From positions 36,400,401-36,464,400 of the forward strand of contig CM120641.1 in assembly GCA_051362555.1 (NCBI GenBank): DNA of 64,000 nucleotides, given 5' to 3'. The first letter of the stretch is position 1. Each line of letters starts with the position of its first letter. The notes under the pieces were generated by a model. It was not told where the DNA came from and made no database searches. It worked only from the letters and a program-made list of their open reading frames with translations. Made by a program: the position numbers and the translations under genes. This document shows positions 41,101-54,575 of this stretch, one piece after another. The DNA comes from Lingula anatina. Its lineage: Eukaryota > Animalia > Brachiopoda.

Positions 41101-44100
41101 TTGACATTCACAGTCCTGCTGTATCACCTGTTCCACTGCTTGATCAATCGTTGTTCAGTAACATGTAGCATATAATGTGTATCACCATGCCATAAAAACC
41201 CAAGGCCAGTCACGTTGCTGATGCCTCGAGCAGCATGTCTACTCAATCACTAATAATACAGTGGATCAGTGATGGAGGCAATATCTAATGCATCTATACA
41301 TCACAAACTGTTCCATATTTATTGATTTTTCACAAGTCATTAAAATATCATGTTTTCTGCTGTGTTTGTACATTTGAACAAATTTATTTCATCAATTTTT
41401 TCTTTTTAACTTACCTAAAATATTAAATATTTGGAGTACTTCATAATGTACGAGAGAATCATTGTATCAACAGGAGTAAATCTTGTCATTATGAAAAGTA
41501 AAAATCCTACTAGCTCACTAACTCAACAGACCAGTACACAGTAAATGGTAATATATGAACAGCAGGTGCCATTTCATGCAGTTTCTTACTTTATCAGTTG
41601 ATATGGAAATCAATGCAGTTTATAAGCATGACATCTTAGAGACAAATGTCTTAAATTTGATTGGGATTAAGAAATGACATGCTGATGCAAACCTAGATGC
41701 AACTATGACTGATGAGGTAATAAATCAACCAAATCAGGATTAATCTTTGGTGTTCACAAACACATACTCCCATAGAATAGCTTAGAATAGAATAGCTTAC
41801 CTGGCGTGTGCATTTGATGACAGCCTCCTGGGACTGAAACAGACAAAGAAATATAGACATCAATGTCCAATGTATAACAATAAACAAAGCTGGATATTCA
41901 ATCATACTAAGTCATTGCAAAACACTGAATGTATGATATCAAATATAGATTACTCTGCAACACTGGGTCATCACCTGGCAAGAGAGTAAACATCAACAAT
42001 AATTCAAGAATCTATATCAGTTTGGAGGTATTTTGGAAGTGCTTCCAAGTATTTTTATTATATCATTTATTAATATACTGTTCACTCTGTGAAATCTATA
42101 GGTATTCTATTCATAAGCTATCAATACAAACAGAAACTACTCTTTCAAATTCTTCAATAAGTCATCTATTCTAAAATTAAGAAGTGTAGTATAGTATTGC
42201 AGTTTAATAATCCATTCAACATATGCAAACCAAGATATGGTTATGATACATTTATCAATGGTCATGCATCTCATCAACCACTGCAAAATAAAAAGTAAAC
42301 ATTAATGTTAGTAATATCACAGGAGGCACACCTGCACAATATACAGCAATCAAATCTAACCTGCTGCAGGCAAAACCAGGCTGCAAAAAAATACTCAACA
42401 AGAGCATTCACTCAGTCTAAAATTCTGTCAGCTCCTAAGGTCCTATAAAGATCTATTTGCTTAACAGTTAAACTGTAACAATCAGCTTATCGCCGATTCA
42501 ACAGTAAGTATTCTAATGAATTTCAGCTGCACAAAGGTGGGATACTGCCGGGCAAGTAAGTACTGATTAAAGATGATGTCACATAGCACAACACCCAGCT
42601 TTCATTTTGCAAATGTGAATGCACTTAATGTCACAATGTCACGGTTTGATTAAACACTCCCTGGCATATTTAGTGGTGTTTCATACCATTAGCCACCAAA
42701 AGTCTTCTTATTTGTATGCAGCTTGCATTATTATACATACTCAAAGGGATAATGAAATCATTTAGTGCAACTTGTGTCTTGTTGTTGATTAACGTCTGCT
42801 TTGTAAAATCAGGTTTGAATAATAAAATGCTCTAACATTAAAAAATGTTAGTAACAAAGACTACAACTTTGCAGTGTTATGTCTACTAATATTGATACAA
42901 ATTGTGTACATTAAATAGATAAACATTTTCACCTTAAAATGTGCCTTCAATGAATTTTTATGTTATGTTTTTATACTAAGGTATACTAAAACTAAGGTAG
43001 ACTATCTATAAAGTTTGCTGTACTATAAGTGTAATACTTGTTGTTTAAATATGTCCTCATGCATGTATATTTGGAAATGTTTCATACAGATCACTTAATG
43101 ATGTCCATTTGCAAATATGTAATACCATATCTGCAATACTGAAGTTTAGTTCCTGTCACATGCAAAATTTGTTTTTCTGATGTTTTTATGCATATGCCTA
43201 ACATATAATTCCCCTCTGTAAGATTTTTTTTTTCATTTTTTGCCACTTTTATTCCTTCTTCTTTCTTTAGGACAGTTGACATTTTTGTTCAGATTAGGAG
43301 AGTTAAAAAGATTATGAAAAATTTTATTGAGGAGAAAAAATGTTAGAAAGGGGACAAATACTGAAAAATGGTCCGTATACACAAATATTTGTATGCAATG
43401 ATACCCACACGTATACTGTAATACCTACGAGTAACATGCATTTGTATAGGTGCAAAAGCAAATATATTACAAACATTTAATTACGACAGCAAAATAGTCC
43501 CTAAAGGAGTGTGGTGCACATAGCAAAACAAAGGGTTGCTTTGTTGCATGCATAAAATGAAGGGATTTTATACCCTGTGATTTGCTTCCAAACAGAGGAA
43601 CTGAAATGAAACCAAATATGGAATCTATTAATAAAAGAAAAGGGTACATTGACTGCATGCTGACTGTTCTGCTAAATAAATGGGTCAAAATTATACAAAT
43701 AGCAACATTAAATATTTTTTTCACAAAATTATCAATTAAAATATCTTGTGACATTTAAAGAAACTGAACATATATAGTAACAGATGTTAATCATTACAAC
43801 ACACGACTGCCACAATTTACACCACAAGGCTAAAGGCCACAGCAACAAAACTTCACATATTGATATCAAACACCTAGCAACTCTACTCATTTCATGTTAA
43901 TAAGCATGTCTACACCAACAATTACCCTGTCCAGGTCAGTGCAAATACTACTCAAATCCTTTTTTGTTTTATTTTTATAAATGGCAAAAGCAGGAAGACT
44001 AAGGCAATCACTCACTTCAAATATCTTACAGAATCCAAATTTTTATTTTTCGATGTTCATTTTAATTTACTTACAAAATATGTTTCTGACATGGAATGAA

Positions 44101-44546
44101 AGAGCATTTTAGATAAGATTTTCAGATATCCCTTTCAAAACAGTTTCACAAAATATGAAATGATACTTTGCGTGAATTAAATGAGTAATTGCTTCTGTCT
44201 CCTAGGTGCCCTATTATCTCTATTCTACTGATCTTCCCATTAAAAATATCCACTCCACACTATGGTCACTACTCAAAGGCAATAGACAACCACCAGGATA
44301 CCTAACCCACATGCACTGTACACTATTTATATTTTATACACTATAAATGCTTTCATATCACTTTGAACTAAAACCATATAATTTAAGATACAGTTGCAAA
44401 ACAAACAAAATGAAAAACTGGCAAATCAATTTGCTTAGGCTGCTCTTAAAATGCAACAAATCATTACACATTTTGTTGGTCTGGTAGCTATACTTAAAAC
44501 TGCAACTGTTTTAGTCAAAATTAAAATGTGATAGTTCCCCATGTTA

Positions 44547-44605
<59 letters not shown>

Positions 44606-45202
44606 ATGAATGCTATGTATTTATAAAACATATTCATTCCTACATAACACAGAAAGCATCATAGGCCACAAGAAGTAGAGTAAAGCTACATAAGCCCACT
44701 GGGCTGTCATTCAGTGATATGAATAGTGAATGACATGCTTGCTACACACAGCTGAGCAGCACCTCTGCAAACTAGAATGCATAGATATTAGTAATGTGCT
44801 AGAGGACACATTATTGTAATGCAATTGCTACTTCACATATCATACAGTACTGGCATGACTTGATAACTATACACAAAGTTTTCGAATGAATAAAACTAAA
44901 AAAAAAATTATCTTACTAAATATAGCAACCATTACAATAAAGTGTCCTCATTGCATTAAGAACTCATAAATACACAACTAAAACTCTCTAAAGCACAGTA
45001 TTAAGATTTTGGCATGTAAACCTATGACAGAAATCTTTCAGAAAGATCTCTTTGAAAAGATCCAATAACAAATAAAGCCACCACAACACAGACACAACAA
45101 GATTCTAATTATGTACCAGCTGAGTTTGGATTGTCTCAGTTTGTTCTCTCGCCTGTCCCGATACTGCTTGCCTTTTCTGAAGTAAAATAATAGATAATAA
45201 AA

Positions 45203-45233
<31 letters not shown>

Positions 45234-48200
45234 CAACCATTGTTGTATAAAATATTAATGAGATCATTAAAAATTGATGATTCCCCTAAAACAGATGTTG
45301 ACATTTCATTTTCACTAATGATCCTGAATTCAAGAATGTGCTTTCTTTTATTATTAATTAAGGCATTATGTATCTGATGAGTTTTCATTTCAGGCTGATG
45401 GACAAATGAGATTCTAATGAATTAGTTATAACCTTTGTATTATTCTTGTCTTTGTCTTACCAAAAATTATTCTTACCTTTGTATTATTCTTGAACGATCT
45501 GGAATATCAGACAAATCTTCTCCTGATTCAAAGTCATCAGCCTCTCCAAAATCTTCAAATTGCTCTTCCTCGTCTGTGATTTCAACTTCTCTTCTGAAAT
45601 AAAAATAACACAATGACACCTGATGAAACTCAGATAAGCAAAGATTTTCATAACACGTGAGCTGAATTTATCCTCAAGCAAAATTTTTTCAAGCATCTAA
45701 AATTCACCCCATTTACATTGATACCTTTTACCTCTTAGATATAAACTGACAACAATAAATCAATAATAAAATTATGATCATTCTCTTCACCAACAACCAA
45801 TTTTTTGGCAAATTATTTATATACTAGCGTGCTTCCCAAGAAATACCTTTGGTCTTGAAAATCTGACTTCCCACTTATTGCACTATCCAAATCACTGGCA
45901 TCATCATCATTACTGCCAACATTAAGTAGACTAAGCTCCTTTAAATCAGAGTTCTTAGAGAGATCTGTGGAAAAGTCCAGCAACTGCCCCACACTGTTAT
46001 TCTGATGTGGTTGGGAATCACTGCTAAAATTAATTAATGGCCCCACATCTTCATCTGTCATCATATCATACTCGGAGTATGTGCTGATCTCGGACGTTTC
46101 CTGGGTCTGGAAAAATACGGTATATAAGAATTAAACTATCATACATTTTAATGTTAAAATCAATAAACCAGCACACTGATATTTGCTTTTTCCCCGGGTC
46201 TCGGAAATAAGCAAACATAACCTGAAACATCATCATCATCATCATCATGTATCAAAAACCATTGCAAATAACATTATCAAAAGATAATCACGAGCCTAAT
46301 GTGCGAGGTTAAAAATGACATATTTTACACAAAAAAATTTGTTACAGTATACTAATTTTCATCAAACTCATAAGTGATTTCAAGTAATAAGATATCCTCT
46401 TACAAAATGAAGTGATTAGTAAGGCAGCAAACATTCACTTTTGTGAGTGTAAAGAGAATATCACGGTTCTCATCACAGTGTCATTTTCACTTTGATATTT
46501 GCTCAAACGAACATAACAGAAAGAAATGGCAATGTAACATTTTCCTTTCCTAACAACTATTTTGAGTACCATAGTTTAATTATGCTAATCCAAATATTAA
46601 TTCATCCCAAAATCCTGGATTAATCAAAAACCATAAGCAAATACAGGGTTTAACATTGCTATTGATCTCTCAGACAAGAAGGAACAGATAAGACTTGCTT
46701 CTTATCTTATTGTATAGGACCTAGGTAAATATACTCACTAAGTATTTGCTATTAGGTATTATGCTGACCATTACAGGACCCTGGTCACACTGGATGACCA
46801 TCAATACATTTATGATTTACATGGCAGGTGAATAAATAGCTTACTGAGCTTAGTAGTTATCTAATTTTTTTTTTATATTAGGTCTAATTCTGCTTCCATC
46901 AAACAATGCTTTTGATACTTTGTGACATACTGCAACCAATTTCACAGTACACAAAGCATCATGCAGGTCCTTAAGGAAAAGTTACTTCATTTTCCTTCTC
47001 AGACAGGACACTTTTACTTTAGGCAATGGTATTTAGTAGGGCACAATCTGTGTCACGCTAGGAGACAGAATATGAATAGTTTCATATTGCTGTAAGGACA
47101 TTGTGCCTGCAATGGGGGATACAATTGAGTAATCTGCCACATAGTGCTGATACAGGGCATTTTGGACACCCCATACAACAGATGCAAATAAACTTGGTCC
47201 AACAGCTCATACTTTTAGAATTTCACAAGTTGATATTCCAATTATTATTATAACCAATGTCCATGGTATATAAAGACCTAATCCAACATCTTTTTGAATT
47301 AAACTGAAGACAACATGCAACCGTTAGAAAAAGAATGATTTACAATCCACTTTGACTACGTCATCAAAATACCTAAAAATTTACCTGTTCCTCTTTTTCT
47401 ACATCCACAAGGGAATAATCATCCGTCAGTAAATCCATCTTGAAGCCAGTAAATGTCAACACTTACTGTTACCCATAGAGCATTAAAATACGAAGAGTTC
47501 AAAATCCACTAACTCAGTAAAGTAAAACTGGAGTCAAGACAACTCCCCCTAATTCTTATGCCCTAGACGATAAAACGTAACTGCATAAAGTTATATTTCA
47601 ACTAGTCATGACCTACATTTATAGCGACTGCAGAAAAGTTTATGTACCTCAGACTAATTCTCAAAATAAACAGGTCCATGTCTACAGACATCATGATTAC
47701 CTTTATCTTATCCTGCTAAGGTTCCCTAGGCCCAGATCACAAGTTTGGTACATCAGATTCAGCCTAATCAGACTCATTTAATTCTGCTTGTAACCCGTCC
47801 ATGAACGTTAAAAAAATAGTGCCGCACAAAAGACAAATGACAAAGTGATGAATCAACTTTGCTTCCACTACCTGTTCTTCTTGACACAAGGCCAAGGTCG
47901 AGCAACAACGAACCACCTGTCATGTATCGAGAGATAGTCATCTACCTTAAGCTGCTACTCAGTAATTTCTATGGCACTGTGGTATGTTGTCAGCTTGTCT
48001 GAAGAGAAATTAGGCAGCAAAACTTCCAATTTGTCTCCAGTCCAATGATATTTCATTCCATACACATTCTCTGCCCTTAATCAATTTTTACTTAAGCATA
48101 ATGATGCATGTTTCTCTTCCAGTATAGTTTGTATGCTTATCTAAATGTCAGCGCCATGCTTCAAATTCCCTTCGGAAAGTATAATATAGTATACTATTCA

Positions 48201-51200
48201 AACATCCGACAGCTTGCAAAAAATGGGAGATAAAAAAAAAAAAACCATATGCCTGTGTATTTTGTATTTATCAAAGTGTTAGGATGCATAACAGTTTGCT
48301 TCCACTTGACTAGGTGTAATATCAAGCCTTGGAGCTTTAGAATTAGATTGAATATTCTTATCTTCTTTCACATACAACCCGAACTAAATGAAAAGCAATT
48401 CTTTCTCACATTTTTTTTGTGTGTGTGAAAGTGGTCTTATCTTATCTGCAACATCACCATGGTGTAAGTAAACACACCAAAGTAGTCACAAGCCTCCATT
48501 AAAATGTTAATGAAAGTGTCAAACTAAGATGGATCATTTTTTGTGTAAGCTCACAGACTCAATGAAACTTCCTGTGTAAAAAGCCGAGCTAATACTATGA
48601 TACCAATGCCCTAATGTACTCTTTTTCATGAAGTACAATTTAAACTTGTAACTCAAACCTCTATTTTCATTTGTTTCACTTTCTTCAAAGTTAATATAAG
48701 ATGCTATCATGGCAAAATCCCTATTTTTTTTACTACAGTATTTTTTTTTACTAAGTTCAATTCTGTTACCCCCCCCCCAATGACTGAATTAATTAACAGC
48801 TAACATCAATTAATCTGTTATTACTTAATATGTACAGATGATACCGCAATGTATCATAATCCCATCAGTCAAACTGAATTCCATATTATTAGCCATTGCA
48901 ATAAAGCTGCTCCAGACACTGATCATATTAATGTCATTTGTGCATGCCTCTTATCTGAGACCAGTTTAAAATGAGTCTTTTAACAATGGGTTGAAGTGTA
49001 TTTTATCAGTCTAGAGTCCTTGCTAGAGAACCCCAGGTTTCATATTAAAGCAAACTGACCAACCATAAATGTTAGATTATTGGATTCCCATAGAGACTGG
49101 TGATATGTTTATTGCGTGCTCAGTTGCTTAAAAATACAGCCAAACTGAACTGAATTTCCTTAAAAATATTTTTTTTTTGGGGGAAAAAATATCATGCTTT
49201 CATTTCACACATGTAACATAGTAAAAGCTGGAAAAGAGAGCTGATTGCATTTTCTCTTGTGCTAAAAGATGGAAATGAATGCTTGGTAAGATTACATAAT
49301 CAAACGTGTGCAGCTTTCCATAATTTTTTTTCACTTCCTTCTTACAACTTATAATTCACAAATAAAATAGAAAGCGTATCTAAATCTGTCCCCAGATTCA
49401 GAACCACTTCATCTTCTGTCTGTATTTTCTCTAAAAGATTCACACACAAGCCTATAAGTCCTTTTGATGTTATAAAAAACTATAATTTAACTGCTCAAGC
49501 TGCTGTTCTAAGCAGAATTGCAAAAGGACTGACATAGTGAATCACTGTGCTGGTTGTATGATACACAACATGATTAATGCTTTCTTTTTTTTTCAGTAAA
49601 ATATTATTCTAAATAAGCCGATCATCAGGCTCTCCACAGTACTAACCCCATTGCTGTTGTTATCTTCCTCAGGAACTAATGTATCTTCACTGAGATAATT
49701 CAAGCTGCCACTCAGACGTTTAGCACCTATAGGAAGGTCAGACTCTCCTGGAAGAACAACATCTAGCATTACTAACCAATTCTAGCCAGTTGCATCATTG
49801 TTGTCTACATCACATGCAATACAGGCAGAGGAGAAAAACAATCTTTTAGCAAAAATAGTTAATTAAGTCAAATTAATCATATCAAAACATAGGGCAAAAT
49901 ATTCCAATTATTTGACATGTTTTAACATTTACTTAATTTTTGACTTTTGACAGCCATTCAATGTATGTTAGTGTAAATTTTGTCATCACTAGGGATCTAA
50001 TAAAGATAGTAATTAACTAATATGCACTATTAGACAAACGTGTAAATGTTTTTACACATTTTAGAAATACTGTTCTAACTGCTTAAAATAACTGATTGGG
50101 GTTGGCATCAGATATGAAGCAAGGTATTTACAAAAATAAATAAATAAAATAACAGTCCACAGGTGCTACTGTAATTATTATATGCCATGTGATAATAAAC
50201 TCATACCTTTAATCTTTAAAATTTGTCTTATTCCTTCACAGAATTCCTCAAATGTGATCTTGCCATTGCCATCAGGATCCAGAAACTGTACAACAACCAC
50301 AATCTCCTGTAACAAAGAACACAACAAGTTCTTGATAACTGCCATTTTAAGCTGTATTAATTAGAACAATTTGATATTGGCTATTTCATCTTTGAAGACC
50401 TGTAATATATTTTAATACAGATTTTATGAAGATTGAATGAAACTGTTACTTTGTACACTGCTTTCTGTGAAAATGGTGAGATATCAGTAACACTAAAAAA
50501 ACACAAAAAAATAAAATTAAATAACAAAGGACTTAAAATGTATCAATATTATAGCATAATGCTAAGTCTTTTTCATTGAATTTCAACATTTTTACTTTGC
50601 AATTCTTTTAATTTGTGAAAGGAAGGTATAAACACTTCCTAGTAGTTATGGCAGACATTTAGTTCATACATAAATCATTTACACTACAGCAAATTAAGTA
50701 TGTTTTGTTATTTTTGTAATCATTTAGAGCCTTCACAAACCATGAAAAAGACCTTCACAAACAATCACTGAATCAGGTTCCATTAAAGACACTCCAAAGT
50801 ATATCCACAATGGATTCCTACCTAACATAAGGCATAAAACAACCAAACATACATAAAACTGCTTTAATCAACAAGGAAGCATCCTACTAGGAAGTAATTA
50901 ATTTCACTTGCCAACTCTGATTAGTATTCATCACACCTTTATCCAAAGGTGACCAAAGAGTTCCTGTTCTTACCTGTAATTTTGAAGACCTGATCTGTTA
51001 AAGAAGCCCAGATAAACTGCCCCTGACTTCCAAAGATATAGTTTACTAGGCAGCAAAAAGCTCTTGGACTGTAGACAAATCACACAGTTTTCACAGATGA
51101 AATCACCCACTATATTACCATGTTTATTTGCCCACAACGCCTCTAAAATTCTGTTTACGCTTTTCAAAAGATGTGTAGTAATTTTATTTTGGTCACAGAC

Positions 51201-53732
51201 TTTGCTTGAACAATACAAGAACAACGTAAAGCTAGGACGTTAATGCATATGCATAGCTGCTTTGTTAAGCCGACTTAGTTTACCCAAGCAGGCTTTTTTT
51301 CATCACCCTTTATGCTGTTTAAACAATCGTCAGGCTAAGCAGACTAGTGTCATACCTGATGTATTAATGTAAGCTCTGTGACTCATACTGTATTATATTA
51401 AAGGTAAATTGACTGGGATGAAACCTCACCTGTTAATAATCAAATCACATGTGATTTAAATGGCAGATATAAATTTTCACTGGCTTCTGTATGTATTTGA
51501 CAATTTCTTTCTTTAGAAAATGTTTTTATTTTGGAAAGTTCTTGATTTGCCAATTCTTATTTACTATATCTTTTTTAGGGTCTAGAGGGTTGTGTTAATT
51601 TCAGTTTGATTAAGAACTCCTTTAAAATACAATGTGAAATATCCAGTTATGAAAAAAAAATGAAAAAAGAAATGGAAAAAGAGGGTTTAATACAGTAGAA
51701 CATATGTTTGGGTTAATTGTCCAACCTTCCCACCCTTTTAAATTAAAAGAATATCAAATATTTACAATTAGTTTCTGTTAATATGTAAAAAACATGATGA
51801 TGAAAACAATGATTATGAAAAGAGACTATTTAAGTTGTTGCCAACTAAAAAACACTATCCACCTCTGGACATGGTCTGTTAAATACATCTCTTTTAATGG
51901 ACATTAACCCAAAGATTAACATGGAGTGTTTTTCACATTCACATACTAGCAGGTCATCAAAGTTAAAATTACCTTGCTAATCATGGTATGCATTATTTAC
52001 GATATGCTGTGCTCGTTTCTTATATATAGAGCTTTTAATTTTTATTACTTTTTTATACTTTTAAATTAAAGGTCAAATGTCCTTGAAAAAAGCCTCACAT
52101 TTGAAGAGAATTTTCACCTAAATTTGGTTTGTAAAATGTGGCTAATACTTCCTTTGTACAGCTAAAGTTAACCTCTGAATAGTGTGGCATGTCAAAAGAA
52201 TGATATGACTTATGGAAAAAATCCTATTCTGACTTGTAGAAATCTCAAAAAAGATAGAGAAATAAATGTTATATGAAGATTTTTTTCTTTGTGGAAACCA
52301 TCACTGACAAATAGTGACAATTGATTATGTGATGAAAAATATTCAATCTGATTTCATAAGTTGGCAGTTTATGCTTCAGAAAAGTGGCAATTGTTTGGAA
52401 TCTCTGAGGCCATTAACCAGGTTCAGTGCCATTCTTTGCTAACTTATGGAGAAGTGATTTATATGTCTATTTTATCGCCCCTATATATCCTGCGCCTCCA
52501 ACCTGTTTTACACCTACATCAAAGTAGAAACCAGTACAAGACCAGCTTAACATTAAACTAATCATATTTTTACCTATCCCACCTATAAAATTATTTGCAT
52601 TCACAAGTTCCTGCAGAAAAAGTAATTAGACATTGTAAAGTGGTTATGCACTTTTTTTATCCTTAATAACCATTATATTATTAATGTTTAACATCTAGAA
52701 AGTAAGATCAGCCTTAGTGGGAGATAATGCACATTGAATCACTTACATTTTAAATATTAACATAGGATGGGATTTTATGGCATGAAAAAAAAAACAACAA
52801 ATCATCTAACAAAATTAATGTTATACTGGTTCTCAATTTGTTATCGTGAAAGGTTGATAATAATGGTGATTCATTTTGATTCTTTATTAATTTATTGCTT
52901 CATAGCCATTATCCCATGACTGTGTGACACAGCATTATACATGTTTGACACTGTTAAAAATACAGGACTCTACTCATAATATTATAATGTGAAAGGATAT
53001 TCCACATATAAAGTAGGCGATGATTATGCATCATGCAGCATGTTACAGAAATACAAATAAGTTTTACCTCAGTTTCGCTGAGATAGGTTGTAAAACTTTG
53101 CATGTATCCATTCTCAAATATTCTCAATGAGCATGTGGTTAGGGAGGAGGGGTAACAGACATTTGCAATCTGCTTAAAAAATATACCAAGAGCAAACCAT
53201 GAACAAATCCCCTGATTAGATTACTCTTAGACATGACCCAAGAGACATTCTTCATGTCATATCAATCAGACTTTAGTCCAGGAGTTTTAAGGATTAAACC
53301 TTCATAAAGCACACCCTCTCTGTGACAGATAACCTTGTATTTCAAGTCACATGTGCGACCACTTCACTCAGAGAAACCATTTAGTAGGTCGTTATTGACA
53401 TTAGGGCCTCGTACAACTTCATGTACTTATATATTGAAGGCGTGTATTAAAAATGAAGGATTTCTATATTATACCTCGGTTGATATCATCAATGCTTATT
53501 TTATTTGTCTTTAAGACCAGTGCCATAATATTTACATAGATGTCAACATGCACTAAGATGAATTATAATATATATGAAAACAAAAATTATTTGTACTCGC
53601 CTCCTCCCCTCCTCCGAGATGTTCCTTGATCAAGTTAGTAAAATGTTGGGTGGAGATATAGCCTTCTTTCTGTTCATCACAAAGATTAAATATGGCACGA
53701 AGCTCATCCGATGTACCCCTTGAATCTTCCAT
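33695..53732 (-). CDS. RAB11FIP4: Rab11 family-interacting protein class II (RAB11FIP3/4, nuclear fallout-like): N-terminal EF-hands, coiled coil, C-terminal Rab11-binding domain; about 588 aa
   Basis: Exons (minus strand): 53601-53732, 50207-50306, 49647-49747, 45847-46106, 45477-45593, 45117-45176 (symmetric, possibly cassette), 41801-41833, 40853-40931, 40530-40633, 39205-39295, 38819-38868, 38513-38594, 37876-38013, 37402-37551, 35236-35379, 33695-33820; phases consistent. Motifs: LRAIFNLCDEQKEGYIS, LDPDGNGKITFEEF (EF-hand), [73 protein letters not shown] (FIP-RBD). Co-ortholog of FIP3/FIP4. Confidence 0.92.
34958..35119. mobile_element. hAT-like MITE (162 bp)
   Basis: Terminal inverted repeats TAGGGATGAAACT (34958-34970) and AATCTCATCCCTA (35107-35119; reverse complement TAGGGATGAGATT), 11/13 identical. 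(C/T)AGGGATGAAA is the classic Ac/Ds hAT terminus. Confidence 0.65.
35119..35194. repeat. (AC)n microsatellite
   Basis: About 38 perfect units abutting the MITE end. Confidence 0.95.
44549..44605. repeat. (TC)n(TA)n compound microsatellite
   Basis: Direct inspection. Confidence 0.9.
45201..45233. repeat. (AAAT)n microsatellite
   Basis: About 8 units just upstream (on -) of the 60-nt FIP exon. Confidence 0.85.
46228..46248. repeat. (CAT)7 microsatellite
   Basis: Source of the spurious poly-Met ORF 46066..46248. Confidence 0.9.
47385..47438 (-). CDS. RAB11FIP4: Candidate alternative first coding exon of Rab11-FIP (EF-hand-less isoform)
   Basis: aagATGG start context; reads MDLLTDDYSLVDVEKEEQ then CAG|gtaaat. 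Phase 0 matches exon 45847-46106. Confidence 0.5.
50307..53600 (-). other. GC-AG intron (first intron of Rab11-FIP)
   Basis: GAG|GCGAGT donor is the only phase-0 donor before the in-frame stop; the next exon starts in phase 0 after ttgttacag. Confidence 0.75.
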
Positions 53733-54575
53733 GATCTACATAAAGCGAACGACACCCATTTAACCCGGCTTCTCACATATTTGAATCATTTTCGGCCCCA
53801 AGCAACAATGGCCATCATAACTGCCTGTGTTTTCACTTTGACCGTACAACTCAGCAGGTGCGCTATCGGTGCGTTAAAAAAGAGTAAGTATTAAGAGTAT
53901 AAAATACCAAAATTAAAGCAAAATCGGTAAAGGAAAAGTAATATGAAATATGAAATATGCATTTTTAATTGTTAAGAGTTTATCATAATAAATAAATTTA
54001 GAAAGCCGTAGTGTCAAAATATTTGCGTAGGAATTCAAGGTCAAGGCAAGGGTCAGCGGTTGGTGCTGTGAGAGGTGCACCTAACGCAATGACAGGTGAA
54101 GTGCACCATGACATTCATACCTCTGATATGATATCACAAGTATGCTTGCTGTCTGAGTGCCTGTGATACGAAAACTTCCACGGTCGTTTAATAGCAATTA
54201 TGTATAAATGTTGCAAAAACAATTATGATAAGTTAGTCCTTTTTTCTTTTTTTCGTTTCAATTTTAATATATATATTTTTTAATTAAAATTTTGACATGA
54301 TTTTCTCTTTGGAACAAAGGCTGGCATTTTTGACAACATTAAAGTAATTATAATTGCGTGACCTAATTCAGAAAAATATTTTAAAAGTTATTATCTGTAT
54401 GTTTTTTTGTCATGATTTTTATGATTTTAAGTGAAAGGTTTTTTTTCTCAATATAAATTATACATAATAAAAACTGAATTATTGTATAAATTGCTGTTTG
54501 CCATTGCACTAAGTCATAAAAAGAGTGACAGCTACATGTAGTGTGCTAAGAGTGCAAGATATGCATCATGCACAG

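Noticed and set aside
41060-41190. Exon-like purine-rich stretch on - in a FIP intron
   Set aside because: Stops in the phase-compatible frame, and the flanking exons already join in frame.
46066-46248. Poly-Met ORF
   Set aside because: Produced by a (CAT)n repeat and out of frame with the FIP exon.
47870-48000. Segment with acceptor and donor-like ends upstream of the internal FIP start exon
   Set aside because: Stops in all three frames; at most a non-coding exon, and unsupported.
54113-54175. Two small hairpins (TCATA..TATGA, TATCACA..TGTGATA)
   Set aside because: Too short and degenerate to classify; possibly a TE remnant.
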